64,000 nucleotides of DNA from Octopus bimaculoides (GCF_001194135.2 NC_068981.1:62808193-62872192); one strand, 5' to 3'; shown: positions 1 through 11,815, counted from the stretch's first letter. The notes: a model not told the origin generated them from the sequence alone. A program made the numbers and translations.

Positions 1-422
1 TATATATATAAAAGGCAGATTTTCTCTGTGTGTGTATGTTTAAAATTCATACATTTACACAATTCCAAATTTCTTGGATTAAAGAATCGCAAGATATATA
101 TATATATTGTATGTGTGTGTGTGTGTGTGTGTGTGTATAGATTATCTACTTATACATAAGAGTAGAGAAGCGGAAAGTTCCGAGGTAGCGAGCCATAGAG
201 AACCTGCTGCTTCTCTAAATTTGTATGAATAGACGTAAATATGTGTGTGTGTGTGTTTGTGTACATACGTATATACACGCATACAAACATATACGTACAC
301 ACAGTGGCGTCTACAATTGATGTCATTCATGTTTGCATAGATACTTATCTTTATCTCTCATCCACTCACTTTGATTTTTTTACCTTTCTCCAACTCATCT
401 TTCTCCTCACTTCCCTCCTCCC

Positions 423-453
<31 letters not shown>

Positions 454-1215
454 CAATCTTTTCTAAATCTCTCACTTCTTTTATCTCTGTATCTCCCACG
501 TTACTACATTTCACTATCTACATCTTATAAACACTCAAACACGCACACGAATAAACACTCAATGTTACATACACTTAAATTTCTCACGCATAAATATTCC
601 TTATCTTAATTCATACTAATACAGGCGATGTCGTGCATTTCAACCACACACACACACACACACACACACTATTTACACCACCTGTCCTCGTCTGTTGTTA
701 TTTTTTGTATATTCTCCCATATATATATATATATATATATATATACATTCTCCTACAGATATAAATATATCAAGCATGTCGTGCATACATACACGTACAG
801 CTCAACATAGATGTGGCAAAACATATAAATATTGGCAAAAAATGAATAAAAATATGCATTTTTTTCCATGGCCACTGCTTCGGGATCTGCCGCTTTTCTA
901 CACTCATTAATATTAGTAATAATTGGTGCACTTCGCTGTGTCGGTAAATGTTTGGTGGTTTGGACAACCTGGGATTTGAAACTAAAGAAATTGACAGACT
1001 CACCCTCTCTTTACAAATACAATTTGTTGGTAGAACAATGAAATTAATACTTGTCTAAAGTTCAACACATCACCTTTATTGCTGTTATTAAACTCCATCG
1101 ATAGAAACCAGCTTCTTTCTTGTAGGAAGAATTCAAATAATCAAAAAGTGAAAAATAGAATATGTACTTAATATATCTTTTTAATTATACGGTTACGTGA
1201 TTAACTGCCTCAATA

Positions 1216-1407
1216 CCAATATTTTGGCACAAGGTTAGTGAATTTGGGAAAGTTGGTAAGATGATTATATCGTTATTTTATCGACCTCCGAAAGGATGAA
1301 ATGCAAAGTCAATCTCTGTGGAATCTGAACTCCGAACGTAAAGACTGATGAAATACCGCTAAACATTTTGTCCTGCGTGCTAACAACTCTACCAGCTTGC
1401 CACCCTC
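1216..1407 (-). mobile_element. SINE family A copy (tRNA-like head + GCCTTTCATCCTTTCGGGGTCGATAAA central block), decayed
   Basis: Reverse complement matches the ~20 other copies in the window (head GGCGAGCTGGCAGAATCGTTAGCAC, B-box-like GAGTTCAAATTCC, central block). Boundaries approximate. Confidence 0.75.
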
Positions 1408-1606
1408 CACACTACCAATACTGAGAAGCGGAGATTCACGAAACAATAAGGAACACGCAAAATAAGATTGCAGTTGCAAACTGTCAAAGGTTTTGTCGTC
1501 ATATATAAAAGAATTATGAAATTCAGCATGTATACAAAGATCCGCATATGCAACGCATCCATGTCTGCAGCAATGTACCCAATTGCAAATGCATGCGTAT
1601 ATGCAT

Positions 1607-1662
<56 letters not shown>

Positions 1663-1664
<2 letters not shown>

Positions 1665-2076
1665 CTTGCTTGTTTCAGTCATTAGACTGCGGTCATGCTG
1701 GGAAGCCAACTTAAATTTTAGTCGAACGAATCGGTCCCAGTACTTATTTTATGTTAAGCGTGGTACTTTTATCAATCGGTCCTTTTTGCCGAACCGTTAA
1801 ATTACGGTGGTGTAAATACACCAACACCGGTCGTCAAGCAGTCGTGTGGGACAAACACACACACACGCACGCACACACGCGCGCGCGCACACACACACAC
1901 ACACTATACATACACGATGAGGAGCTTCTTTCAGTTTTCGTCTACTAAATCTACTCACAAGGGTTTGGTCGATCCGAGGGTATAACAGAAGACACTTGTC
2001 CAAGATACCACGCAGCAAGACTAAACTCAGAACCATAGGGTTAAGAAGCAAAGTTCTTACCACACAGCAACGTATG
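1663..2076 (-). mobile_element. SINE family B copy (CORE-like CTTGGGCAAGTGTC block, internal microsatellite)
   Basis: Shares the blocks GGAAACTGAAAGAAGCC, CGCTTGACAACCG, GTAACTTAGCGGTTCGGCAAAA and CAGCATGGCCGCAGTC..GACTGAAAC with copies at 12003, 30950 and 54188. Internal (CA)n/(CG)n tract. Confidence 0.8.
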
Positions 2077-2679
2077 CATACATACATTACCCTGTTGTCT
2101 AACTTCCAGCGAAAGAATTGCTTCAAGGCTAGAAACCGGCTCTTTCTCCATTGCTAAAAATTCCAAAACAAAAAAATCACGAACGAATGAACGGACATAC
2201 ATGCATACATAGCGTGTGGACACATACATAAATACATAAATGCATACGCACATACATACATGCATGCATACGTACGTACGTACGTACATACATACATGCA
2301 TACGCACATACATACATATATACATGCATACGCACATACATACATACATGCATACATACATACTAACCCTTACCACCACATTATTTTACCTTCAACGTGA
2401 CGCTCTTCTACGTAGTAAAAAAAGCAGCCATTTCCCCCTCATCTCAGCACCACCAACTTTAAAAAATACTTTGGGAAAACACATTGTATAATGTAGTCTT
2501 ATATTTCTCTAAAATTGAAGAGACTGTCACGACAAGAGCGCTTTTGATCAAATCTCTACTCGATTAATGTTGATCTACAGCTAAACTGTAACATTCTGAA
2601 TTTTTAAAACTTTTTTTTAATGTTATTGCCATCTTTCTTTTTTTTCTTTTTCGCTTTTTTATTTTTTCTTGCTTACATT

Positions 2680-3538
2680 NNNNNNNNNNNNNNNNNNNNN
2701 NNNNNNNNNNNNNNNNNNNNNNNNNNNNNNNNNNNNNNNNNNNNNNNNNNNNNNNNNNNNNNNNNNNNNNNNNNNNNNNNNNNNNNNNNNNNNNNNNNNN
2801 NNNNNNNNNNNNNNNNNNNNNNNNNNNNNNNNNNNNNNNNNNNNNNNNNNNNNNNNNNNNNNNNNNNNNNNNNNNNNNNNNNNNNNNNNNNNNNNNNNNN
2901 NNNNNNNNNNNNNNNNNNNNNNNNNNNNNNNNNNNNNNNNNNNNNNNNNNNNNNNNNNNNNNNNNNNNNNNNNNNNNNNNNNNNNNNNNNNNNNNNNNNN
3001 NNNNNNNNNNNNNNNNNNNNNNNNNNNNNNNNNNNNNNNNNNNNNNNNNNNNNNNNNNNNNNNNNNNNNNNNNNNNNNNNNNNNNNNNNNNNNNNNNNNN
3101 NNNNNNNNNNNNNNNNNNNNNNNNNNNNNNNNNNNNNNNNNNNNNNNNNNNNNNNNNNNNNNNNNNNNNNNNNNNNNNNNNNNNNNNNNNNNNNNNNNNN
3201 NNNNNNNNNNNNNNNNNNNNNNNNNNNNNNNNNNNNNNNNNNNNNNNNNNNNNNNNNNNNNNNNNNNNNNNNNNNNNNNNNNNNNNNNNNNNNNNNNNNN
3301 NNNNNNNNNNNNNNNNNNNNNNNNNNNNNNNNNNNNNNNNNNNNNNNNNNNNNNNNNNNNNNNNNNNNNNNNNNNNNNNNNNNNNNNNNNNNNNNNNNNN
3401 NNNNNNNNNNNNNNNNNNNNNNNNNNNNNNNNNNNNNNNNNNNNNNNNNNNNNNNNNNNNNNNNNNNNNNNNNNNNNNNNNNNNNNNNNNNNNNNNNNNN
3501 NNNNNNNNNNNNNNNNNNNNNNNNNNNNNNNNNNNNNN
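2680..3538. other. Assembly gap (N). Other gaps: 14769-15238, 23489-23803, 25646-26412, 29553-29751, 41107-41711, 61045-61079
   Basis: Runs of n in the sequence; most abut microsatellites. Confidence 1.
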
Positions 3539-3540
3539 AT

Positions 3541-3656
3541 GCCTGGTACTTATTCTAGCCGGTTCTTTTGCCGAACCGTTAAGTTACAGGGACGTAAACA
3601 CACCAACACTAGGTTTCAAGCGGTGGGGGGGGACAAACACTAAGACACAGACACAC

Positions 3657-3698
<42 letters not shown>

Positions 3699-3840
3699 GA
3701 CGGGCTTCTTTCAGTTTCCGTTTGCCAAATCCACTCACAGGATTTGGTCGGCCCGAGGCTGTAGTAGAAGACAGTAGGACAGAACCCAACACCATATGGT
3801 CGGGAAGGAAGCTTCTTACCACACACCCACTCCTGTGCCT
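3541..3840 (-). mobile_element. SINE family B copy with internal (AT)n
   Basis: Same blocks as the 54188 copy in reverse orientation; one end runs into the gap. Confidence 0.8.
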
Positions 3841-4351
3841 AGTTTTTCTTTTCCTAATTTTAGCTTTGCTCCGTGTATAAGTCATGCCCCAGTTTTTGTT
3901 AGTTTTGTTTGGGTTTGGGGGGCGGGGAGGGTTCTTTTTTACAGTGAAAATCAAATACGAAATAATGCAAATAAATATGTAACTCGGCTTTGAGAATGCC
4001 TTCGATCAAGTCGATCATGAAATATGCCACGAACTGCTTGATCTCGGCATCGTTGGGAAAATAGGGGATAGTTTGCATGACTTTTTAAATAAGTAAGAAC
4101 TAGACAGTTGTAACCAACCTTACATCCTCTCAAGGGACATCACTTCTAAGAGAACTCTCTCAAAGAATCATACTGGAACCGCTGCTGTTTGTGGTAACTC
4201 TCTCAGGCACGCTCTCAATCATACAATCAGCCACTCTCTACTGCAACGCAGACGATACAAATGTATCACAAGGAACAGATAATCTTGGTGATAACGTGAA
4301 ATTACAAAAGAGTTAAATGTAGAAGGAAATAGAAGAAACAAGTAGTTCGAT

Positions 4352-4591
4352 ACATTATTTACAATTGACGATTATTTGTCCTCATCTTGTTTGTTGTTAA
4401 TACAACGTTTCGGCTGATATACCCTCCAGCCTTCATCAGGTGTCTTGGGGGAAATTTCGAACCTGATGAAGGCTAGAGGGTATATCAGCCGATACGTTGT
4501 GTTAACAGCAAACAAGATGAGGACAAATATCCGTCAATTGTAAATAATGTAAATAATGTATATAATTCCTCATCTCTTAAATATAAAACTG
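4352..4591. mobile_element. 240-bp palindromic insertion of two inverted hammerhead-ribozyme-like modules (Penelope-type terminus), with 12-bp TSD
   Basis: Arms 4352-4441 and 4461-4550 are reverse complements (84/90 identical). AAGTAGTTCGAT is directly repeated at 4340-4351 and 4592-4603. Confidence 0.85.
4397..4446 (-). ncRNA. Minimal type-I hammerhead ribozyme motif
   Basis: Minus strand reads GACAC-CUGAUGA-A-GGCUG(gaggguauau)CAGCC-GAAA-CGUU-GUAUU. It has an intact core, a 5-bp stem II, a palindromic ACGU stem III, a GUU cleavage triplet, and stem I GACAC/GUAUU with one mismatch. Confidence 0.7.
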
Positions 4592-5105
4592 AAGTAGTTC
4601 GATGTTGTAAAACTTCAATGTAAAACTACTATCAGCTCACAAATAAGTCACAACCAGAACACAAAGGGCTAAACGTTATTGTAATTCCAGAATCGCAGTC
4701 ACTGTGCCATATGGAAATCGATGTGGGCAATGATGCATCATTCCATTGGCATATCAACTAAGACGGAAGCAATGGTGCAAGCGACTGGCTGGTTGGATCC
4801 TAAGATTATTCAGGTTAACTACAAAATAAATGGAGGTAGTTTGTGAAGCCCATTTGTTCTCAGTCACCTAGACTACTGCTCTCAATAATGGGCTTCATAT
4901 GGCGTCAAACTAAAAGCAGAGCTGGAAGCAATCTGGTTTTGCTATACCAAGATTTCCTCAGTGCAACGGATGAGTCACTAGGAAAGGCTAAAAGAACTGG
5001 GGTTCTACTCACTAGAGCGAAAGTGTGAAATATATGCAGTAACACACATACACACGGGGAAAATATTTGATAGTCGGTCGTCAAATTTTGAGACTTTAAG
5101 TTATA

Positions 5106-5279
5106 TCGGTTTCAAATTATGGCACAAGGCCAGCAGTTTTGGGGAAGGAGTTAGGTCGATTACATCGACCCAATATTCAAATGGTACTTATTTTATTGAC
5201 CTCGAAAGGATGAAAGGTAAAGTCGACTTCAGCGGAATTTGAACTCAGACCGTAAAGACGGACAAAATGCCGCTAAGCA
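5106..5279 (-). mobile_element. SINE family A copy (5' truncated)
   Basis: GGTACTTATTTTATTGACCTCGAAAGGATGAAAGGTAAAGTCGAC..GGAATTTGAACTCAG is the reverse complement of the family consensus. Confidence 0.8.
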
Positions 5280-5301
5280 AGATATAGATACTCTTTTACT
5301 C

Positions 5302-5425
5302 TCTTCGAACAAAACCAAAATTAGTAATGAGAGACCACCCAATCTGCAATGTGCGACACGACACACCAAGAAAATATGCTTTATCTACAGCATTGTGAAG
5401 TGTAAAGTTTCTGAGGTGCATGTGC
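5302..5425 (-). repeat. ~125-bp direct copy of 8984-9108 (piece of the MULE-like relic)
   Basis: Visual alignment shows about 8 substitutions and 1 indel over ~125 bp. Confidence 0.85.
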
Positions 5426-5448
5426 GAAAGCATGGCCACAGCCTCAGG

Positions 5449-5521
<73 letters not shown>

Positions 5522-5525
<4 letters not shown>

Positions 5526-5676
5526 TTATCCGTAACTTAGTACAATCAAGTGTTCTCTGAGCATCCGTTTTGATTGAGCATCTATAAGAAATCCTGGGGT
5601 CGATTTCTTTGACTAAAACATCCCTTAAGGCAGTGCTCAGCATGGCCGCAGTCAAACGACTGAAACCAGTAAAAGA

Positions 5677-5680
<4 letters not shown>
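5522..5680 (+). mobile_element. SINE family B, 3' half
   Basis: CCGTAACTTAG..CTGGGGTCGATTTCTTTGACTAAA..CAGCATGGCCGCAGTCAAACGACTGAAAC. Confidence 0.7.
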
Positions 5681-5717
<37 letters not shown>

Positions 5718-6248
5718 TATACATAAACACACACACATACATATATATGTATACACACGCACACATATATATATTATATAAATCATTATCTGTGAAGCAC
5801 TCCAAGCAAACGTACACTGTATGTACACAACTAGCCAAAAGAACATTTACACACACTCATACACATACATACACACACTCGTCCATATCCTTTTTACACG
5901 TTTACAAGTAGGATATATTAGTACTCATAAATTCGTTTACATATTTCAAGTGTGTGTGTGTGTACGCTTGTATGTATGTATATTTGAGCGCGTAATTATA
6001 TGTATTAAGGCGGTGAAGTAGTAGGGTCGTTGGAGCGTAGAATAGTCTTGGAGTGATGGATTGATGGAATTATTAGAGCGTCGAATGGGAAGCCTCGTGG
6101 TAATCAGTTCCGAATCTTTGCGTTCTGATGGCAGAGGTGCCACTCTGTATCGACTCTTGGCAAACTACAGAAGTTTAGAGAAGGGGAAACTTGGAGGTTT
6201 AGGCACCTGATGGTCTGCTATTAAGAAAATAAATAAATAAACTTAAAC

Positions 6249-6292
<44 letters not shown>

Positions 6293-7734
6293 TTCAATGG
6301 CTTACTTATTCGTGCCTTGGCATTAAGTATCTTGATACAAATCACGTAGCTCTTGTAGGGCCTACAGCAGCTATGTGTATGTGTGTATGTTTTTGCGCGC
6401 GCGCGTTATATACTAATTCTCTCCTTAGTGTGTGTGTTTATTAGAGAGGATACATTGACAGATATGTGTGTGTGTGAGAGAGAGAGAGAAAGTAAGGAAG
6501 AGGGATAGTTACTGAGACGTACACGAAGCTCATTTTGAAATATGTGAATGAATTTGTAAGCATCAGTATTTTCTGGCTGAAACGTGTAAGCAAAATATAC
6601 GAATGTATATTTGTGTGTAGCAGCGTGCTTGAATGTGTTTGCATACACATGTCCGTTTGGTGTACTTGAAATGTATATACATTGTGTGTGCGTGAGAGAG
6701 AGAGAGAGAAAGAGAGACTATGTATATTCTTAGGTCCTTATGTAGAAAGTGAGGGAATGTCTAGTACAAACGTATCAACTTGTTTACGTAATTAGACTTA
6801 ATTAGATATACAACTTCACCAGAGACGATATGTGCTCTGGCTATGTTATTTTTACATTTCTAACACAATTTCTAAGTATTTCCCATAACAGTTTCTACAC
6901 TATTTTTAAACAGAGACATTATGTAAAATATTGTCATTTTTTTAAGTGTCGCAGCTGATTTAGTCGTGTTCTACTATCAGCCCATGCATTACTAGTTCGA
7001 AACTGGTTTACAGCACTGTTTAGAAAAGAAATGCAAGATTGCATGTGGTCTTCCTGTAATGAACTCTCCGATGATAAACTACAAATTTTAAAGACCTATT
7101 TGCGTTTTTGTTTTTGGTTTTTGGGGTTTTTTTTTTTTTGTAGACTGCACTTAATTCTATGTCTTAGGTCACCTAGCTGCCGGGATACGAGTTTTATCCC
7201 TCAGTCACTTTAAGCCAAGACACAGGAAGTAAAACAGCAGTATGTGTGTGTGTGTCCTTTAGGAATTAGGACATTCGTCTTTCTGGTGTTATGCACAATT
7301 CATATCTAAGACACTCGTTAATTCATTCGTCCGTTTCCTTCTCCTCTGTAATTAAAACATGTATAAAATAGGAAGATTCGATTACATTAAGCCCAGTACT
7401 ATTACAGGTACTTAGTTTATAAAGAGAGGACTCGTAACTACATTACTGGCTATCATCTCAACACACTGTATTTTTTACAGATATCACCACACTCTGAGAA
7501 AAAGATTCGAATGGTGCCGTTAATCATTTGTCAATTACACGAAACTGCAAGGAATTTCACATTTTGTTATCATTTCATTTTATTTTATTATTTTCATATT
7601 TTTTCCCCTTTGACGTGGCGCCCTCAAGTACTTGGCACCTCTTTAACACTAACCCAGCTTTTGGCTTCATAAATACTACAGGGTTTTTCTACATGCATAA
7701 TTTTTTTTTTTACCGATAGTATGCTATCGGTAAA

Positions 7735-7967
7735 AAGGTAAAGTTACCTTTTCGAGTCATAAGAGCCGGTTTCATGACCTATATATTCCCCACCTAGATG
7801 GGATACTGGTCCGTCGCAGGATTACTCATTTTTGCCAGCTGAGTGGATCGGAGCAACATGAAATGACTGTTTTGCTCAAGAACACAACGCGTCGCCCAGT
7901 CCAAGAATCGAAATCATAATCTTATGATCATGAGTCCAACACTCTAACCACTAAGCCACGCGCCTCC
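7735..7967 (-). mobile_element. tRNA-headed CORE-type SINE (family D)
   Basis: Reverse complement reads GGAGGCGCGTGGCTTAGTGGTTAGAGTG (A box)..TTTCGATTC (B box)..TTGTGTTCTTGAGCAAAACAG (CORE-like). Homologous to 27638-27968. Confidence 0.8.
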
Positions 7968-8523
7968 TCATGCCGTCGGGATACATCTAATTAAAATCTA
8001 TGTAGATGCATGACTTGTTAGAAATAGCAGGCACATTTCCCTCGAATATCAGAGCTCACCGTCTTAGAAAAAAAGAAAACAACGTTGGACGGTGTAGTGC
8101 TGGTTAAACAAAGATAGTGGGGATCACGACTGGACCGCTTTCGATCACTACTGACATGGGACTAAGCAGCTGCTAAGATGAACAAGTTTATCACTGATCT
8201 TTACTGTATGGTTTTTTGGATGCAAGCGTTTATCTTTTCACATATCCGCCCCCAGAATGTTTCTGCGCAATGTCAAACTCTAAAAGTTTTGACATATGTG
8301 GCTTTATTCCGCACCGATGAAACGGTCGTTCGGCCTGCTAGAAATAGCAGGCAATTCTCTCTCATTTTACACTGGCTAACGTAGTACTAAATATACAAAA
8401 GAAAAAGGCAAGATAATCACATTTGAAATGTTCTTGAAAATATATCTACTTGAGCAGGGCTGACCTTACAACTATCAACATTCAAAAACTTAATAGAACT
8501 AATTCACCAGATTGTGTGTGCGT

Positions 8524-8558
<35 letters not shown>

Positions 8559-8649
8559 ACTTCCTAATCGTAAACATGGATATTAGTAGTTCCCAACTGA
8601 AAATTGTTGGCTATGTTACTAGGTATAAAGCTTAATCCAAGCATTCAAT

Positions 8650-9470
8650 TTGTCAACCTTTGATCCTCTTGGGATATCTGGCAAAGTCTAACGAAATTCC
8701 TTATACAGTAAAGCTGTCATACTAGTCATATGAATGCACTCTGGAGACATGGTGATGAAAAGGAATTGAAATGGTAGCATAGCAAAGGAATATTTATTGG
8801 TTAGAGTGTGCTATATTCTGTTCAAGTTGAAGAAAGGGCGAGTGTTTTTTATACATCTGGCCTAACTAGAAATGATCTTATAAAATTGTGTATTTGGTAA
8901 ATTTAGTCAAAATAACTTTTAGTAGTTGCAGTCTCTTGAATTCCAACATCCCTTTTCCTAGTAGATCAAAATAGTTTAATCTATCTTCGGACAAAACCAA
9001 AATTAGTAATGAGAGATCATCCAATCTGCAATATGTGACACGACACACCAAGAAAATATGCTTTATCTACAGAATTGTGAAGTGTAAAGTTGTTTGAGGT
9101 GCATGTGCTAAACCTTTAACGAAAAAACGCATGTAATGCGCACAGCTCTACGAAGTAGCATTTCTTGATCAATGCTCTGTCGATTAGTTCCTTTTTGTTT
9201 GTTATGGCTCAGTCAATGAAGAAAGGGCAACACTTGGCGTTTGCAGAGCCTCCAAGACTAGTTGAGAATTAAACCATGATATATGTAACCAGAAGTTGCA
9301 TATTAACAGCGTGTGACATTGCACATTTCAGAGAATCTTCGAGAAGTACTTTTACATGACCGTTCTTCTTCCATTTTTCAATAACCCCTCTTGCTGAAGA
9401 GAAATTAAGCCTGGTCATACATTATTCTCTCCGTCCATCTTCCAGCACTCGGCCTTCGATTACCTTGGTT
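8650..9470 (-). mobile_element. Probable Mutator/MULE transposase relic
   Basis: Across frames, in the expected order: QLLVT/YHG (cf. QLYTIHG), VLPFLH*LSHNKQKGTNRQ (cf. VLPxVYALLPNKQKETY), SIDQEMLLRRAVR (cf. xDFExAxxNAVR), DDLSLLI..EDRLNYFDLL, SYFD*IY. Heavily decayed. Confidence 0.55.
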
Positions 9471-10217
9471 GTTCTTTTCTTATACCGTGTTATTTACGCA
9501 ATATTTTATCTTTTAAAGAGGATTTACGGCAGTTGTTCATATTGCTAGGATAGAATTGTCGCTGCTGGGGTTGGTGCTGCTTTTACTTTTACTATTTCCG
9601 ATGCTAACGGTTATAAATGTCGTAATAGTAATGATATGTCTAATTGTTGTTGAGGTGTTGTCTGTTAAAGGTTGTTTTCCAGTGATATCGCCGCTGTCAT
9701 CATCTTCAAAAATACTGCTGCTGGTTTGGTTGGAGACAAAGTTAATGGGGTTAGTGTCTGTTACGTTGCCAACGTTGCCACAAACTGCTGGAATGAGTGA
9801 GAATAAAACTTATGCTTATCTCCCCTTGTTTTATTGACCAGTGCTGCTTGTGTAGTACCTCTAACTTCTTGTGAAATTAAATATATTTTCTCCAGTTAAC
9901 GAGTGGAATTCTCCGTAGTCATCCTACCTGCTAGAAAACGCAGACAAATTCCCAATCAGCCACAACCAACTGTCCTAAGATAATGCACATCAGTTGCCGG
10001 CATATAGTAAAAAGAATCGTCGATCACGGTTGAAAAGCCCTTGATCATAGATATGCTCGAACAGAGCTAATTTGGGACAGAACAACGACAAAAGCTACAA
10101 GAAATATATGTACTATTATATGAGAATTTATGAACAATGGAGAAGGAAAACGTACCCAACAAAACCTGAGAAAAATTAAACGACAACCGCTCAAGAAAAA
10201 ATCGACTACCAATGTAA

Positions 10218-10470
10218 TATTGGGTTGGTGCATAATTATTGTGGCTTTTTTTTTTTCAGCAAATTTTATTCAACAATAACAATAACAATATTTAACAAAA
10301 ACATCTTTAAATGATGGTCTGACCGTCTGTCAAGCAAATGGAAAGCAGTAATTGAAGTAGATGGTGAATATGCTCCGGAATAATCATTTAAAGATGTTTT
10401 TGTTACGTTATTGTTCTTGTTGAATAAAATTTGTTGAAAAAAGCCGCAATAATTATGCACCAATCCAATA
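10218..10470 (+). mobile_element. Mariner-derived MITE (Hsmar1/MADE1-like TIR), TA-flanked
   Basis: TATTGGGTTGGTGCATAATTATTGTGGC...GCCGCAATAATTATGCACCAATCCAATA. Inverted arms are ~90-98 bp. The core encodes DRLSSKWKAVIEVDGEYAPE*, a mariner C-terminus (cf. KLxxRWxKCIxxxGxY). Confidence 0.9.
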
Positions 10471-10487
10471 ATTAACATAATATACGA

Positions 10488-10610
10488 CTTAGTGGTTAAA
10501 CGTTCAGTTATAATAGTACTTTATTTTATCGAACCCAGAAGGATAAAAGGCAAAATTGACCTCGGCAGGATAAGGAACCTGAACGTAAAATACCGGAATA
10601 ATAAGCGCAC
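10488..10610 (-). mobile_element. SINE family A, old partial copy
   Basis: TTTATCGAACCCAGAAGGATAAAAGGCAAAATTGACCTCGGC central block. Confidence 0.65.
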
Positions 10611-10665
10611 TGTAAGAAAAGAAGTTGACTCGGTAAATTTTCCCAAACATGATTTTTCCGTTTCA

Positions 10666-10703
<38 letters not shown>

Positions 10704-10849
10704 CGACACATATATTTATTTAGAAATACATACAGACAGACACATATGCATGAACACACGCACATACATCTATTTACATATACATATTCATATATATTAA
10801 TATACACATATATGACGTACACATACACGCACATACATGTCTGTGTGCG

Positions 10850-11815
10850 TCCCTAAATAAAGGGGTATTTTTTAGGAAGTCTCTCAACTCATCTGCTGGT
10901 GTACCCTTTAAAAGTTTGATGAAATCACATGGAGAACAAGACTATGGATGAAAGCGTTATATCTGCAAGCAGCTACTAAGATGCGTTCGGAAGTTTCAAA
11001 TGCACATCTGCGAGACATTGTAGATTCATTTCATATTCTCGGCTTCACCTGCCTCAGAATCTCTCCTTGTCCTAACCCTTTACCAATATCGAGCACAGAG
11101 CTACCATTCTATGCACTTCAGATCGACTATTTTAAAAATAGGAGGAGCAGTCTTGCCACCTGTTGACAAATTATAGCGATTCCATGTTAAGTCACTGCAA
11201 TACCAATGAGCTTGGATGAAACAACTTTTTTGGCCAAAACTAAAGTAATGAATAGTTTTACCTGTTCCACCAGAAGTATCAGAATAAACTATATCTCCCA
11301 AGTTAGTGTTAACAATTATCTGATGCTTATATAAGCTATTTCTATTATCAGGAATCAAAAGCAATTTTCTTATGGAAATATTTTTCCAGTAGCTTTTTCA
11401 GTGCCATAACTGGTTTCCTGAAAAATATCACTCGACTGAGAGTTGCTATAGCACTTAGTGATAGAGCTGGTATCCCCCTCAGATCAAGCCATGCCAAACA
11501 TGCATTGAGCAATATTTACAAGAAGGATAAATGTTTAGTTGTACATAGCAAAGGCAAACTCTAGGTGTAGGCCTTTTACTCTTGTTCAGTTTGGCACACT
11601 GTTTCTACTAATATCTGTTCTAGTGATTATGCTAAAGTTGCCGAGAATCGGATGGGAAACAGGTGAAGAAAATGATAGCAAAGTCGTTCTTCATCTTGTT
11701 TAGAGAATGTGAGATTGCTGCCTCTTACAATATACTATTTCCCTCCAGATCATCTACTAAACTCTGCGACGTTTTGTGGTATGTTGCATAGATATATCAA
11801 GCAGCTGCTTCGAGA
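10850..11815 (-). mobile_element. Helitron RepHel fragment (PIF1-like helicase region), decayed
   Basis: Minus-strand translation gives EAAISHSLNKMKNDFAIIFFTCFPSDSRQL, DIVYSDTSGGTGKT (Walker A, cf. DAPGGTGKT), GGKTAPPIFKI (cf. GGRTAHSxFKI), GEILRQVKPRI*NESTMS (cf. AEVLRQCKLIIWDECTMS) and KGTPADEL (cf. RGTPADE). Confidence 0.88.

Larger units (their letters stand above)
3980..5045 (+). mobile_element. CR1/L2-group LINE reverse-transcriptase relic, interrupted by the 4352-4591 insertion
   Basis: Manual translation gives FENAFDQVDHEIC (cf. DFxKAFDxVxH), LYCNADDT (cf. YADDT), SHLDYCSQ*W (cf. PHLEYCSQVW) and ERLKELGFYSLERK (cf. ERLxxLxLxSLERR). Stops and frameshifts present. Confidence 0.85.

Noticed and set aside
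1-230. Helitron/HINE-like start (TATATATAAAA..TGTGTGT; TCTACT..AGTAGA mini-hairpin)
   Set aside because: The window edge truncates it, and such motifs arise easily in TA/TG microsatellite context.
142-2491. Many 60-120 aa ORFs rich in HT/CV/YI/LS repeats, here and throughout the window
   Set aside because: They are translations of (CA)n, (TA)n, (CT)n and (TATG)n microsatellites with no coding signature.
2620-3643. Long ORFs spanning N runs, also at 14673, 23219, 25500, 29350 and 41006
   Set aside because: Artefacts of gaps being translated as X.
9540-9800. ~90-codon S/T/N-rich open frame on the minus strand with a possible acceptor
   Set aside because: Composition fits decayed trinucleotide repeats; no convincing donor or homology.
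10880-11230. Plus-strand LPP..H...YQ..W reading suggestive of an Academ/XPG-type transposase
   Set aside because: The minus strand gives multiple much stronger Helitron PIF1 motifs; the plus reading is an antisense coincidence.
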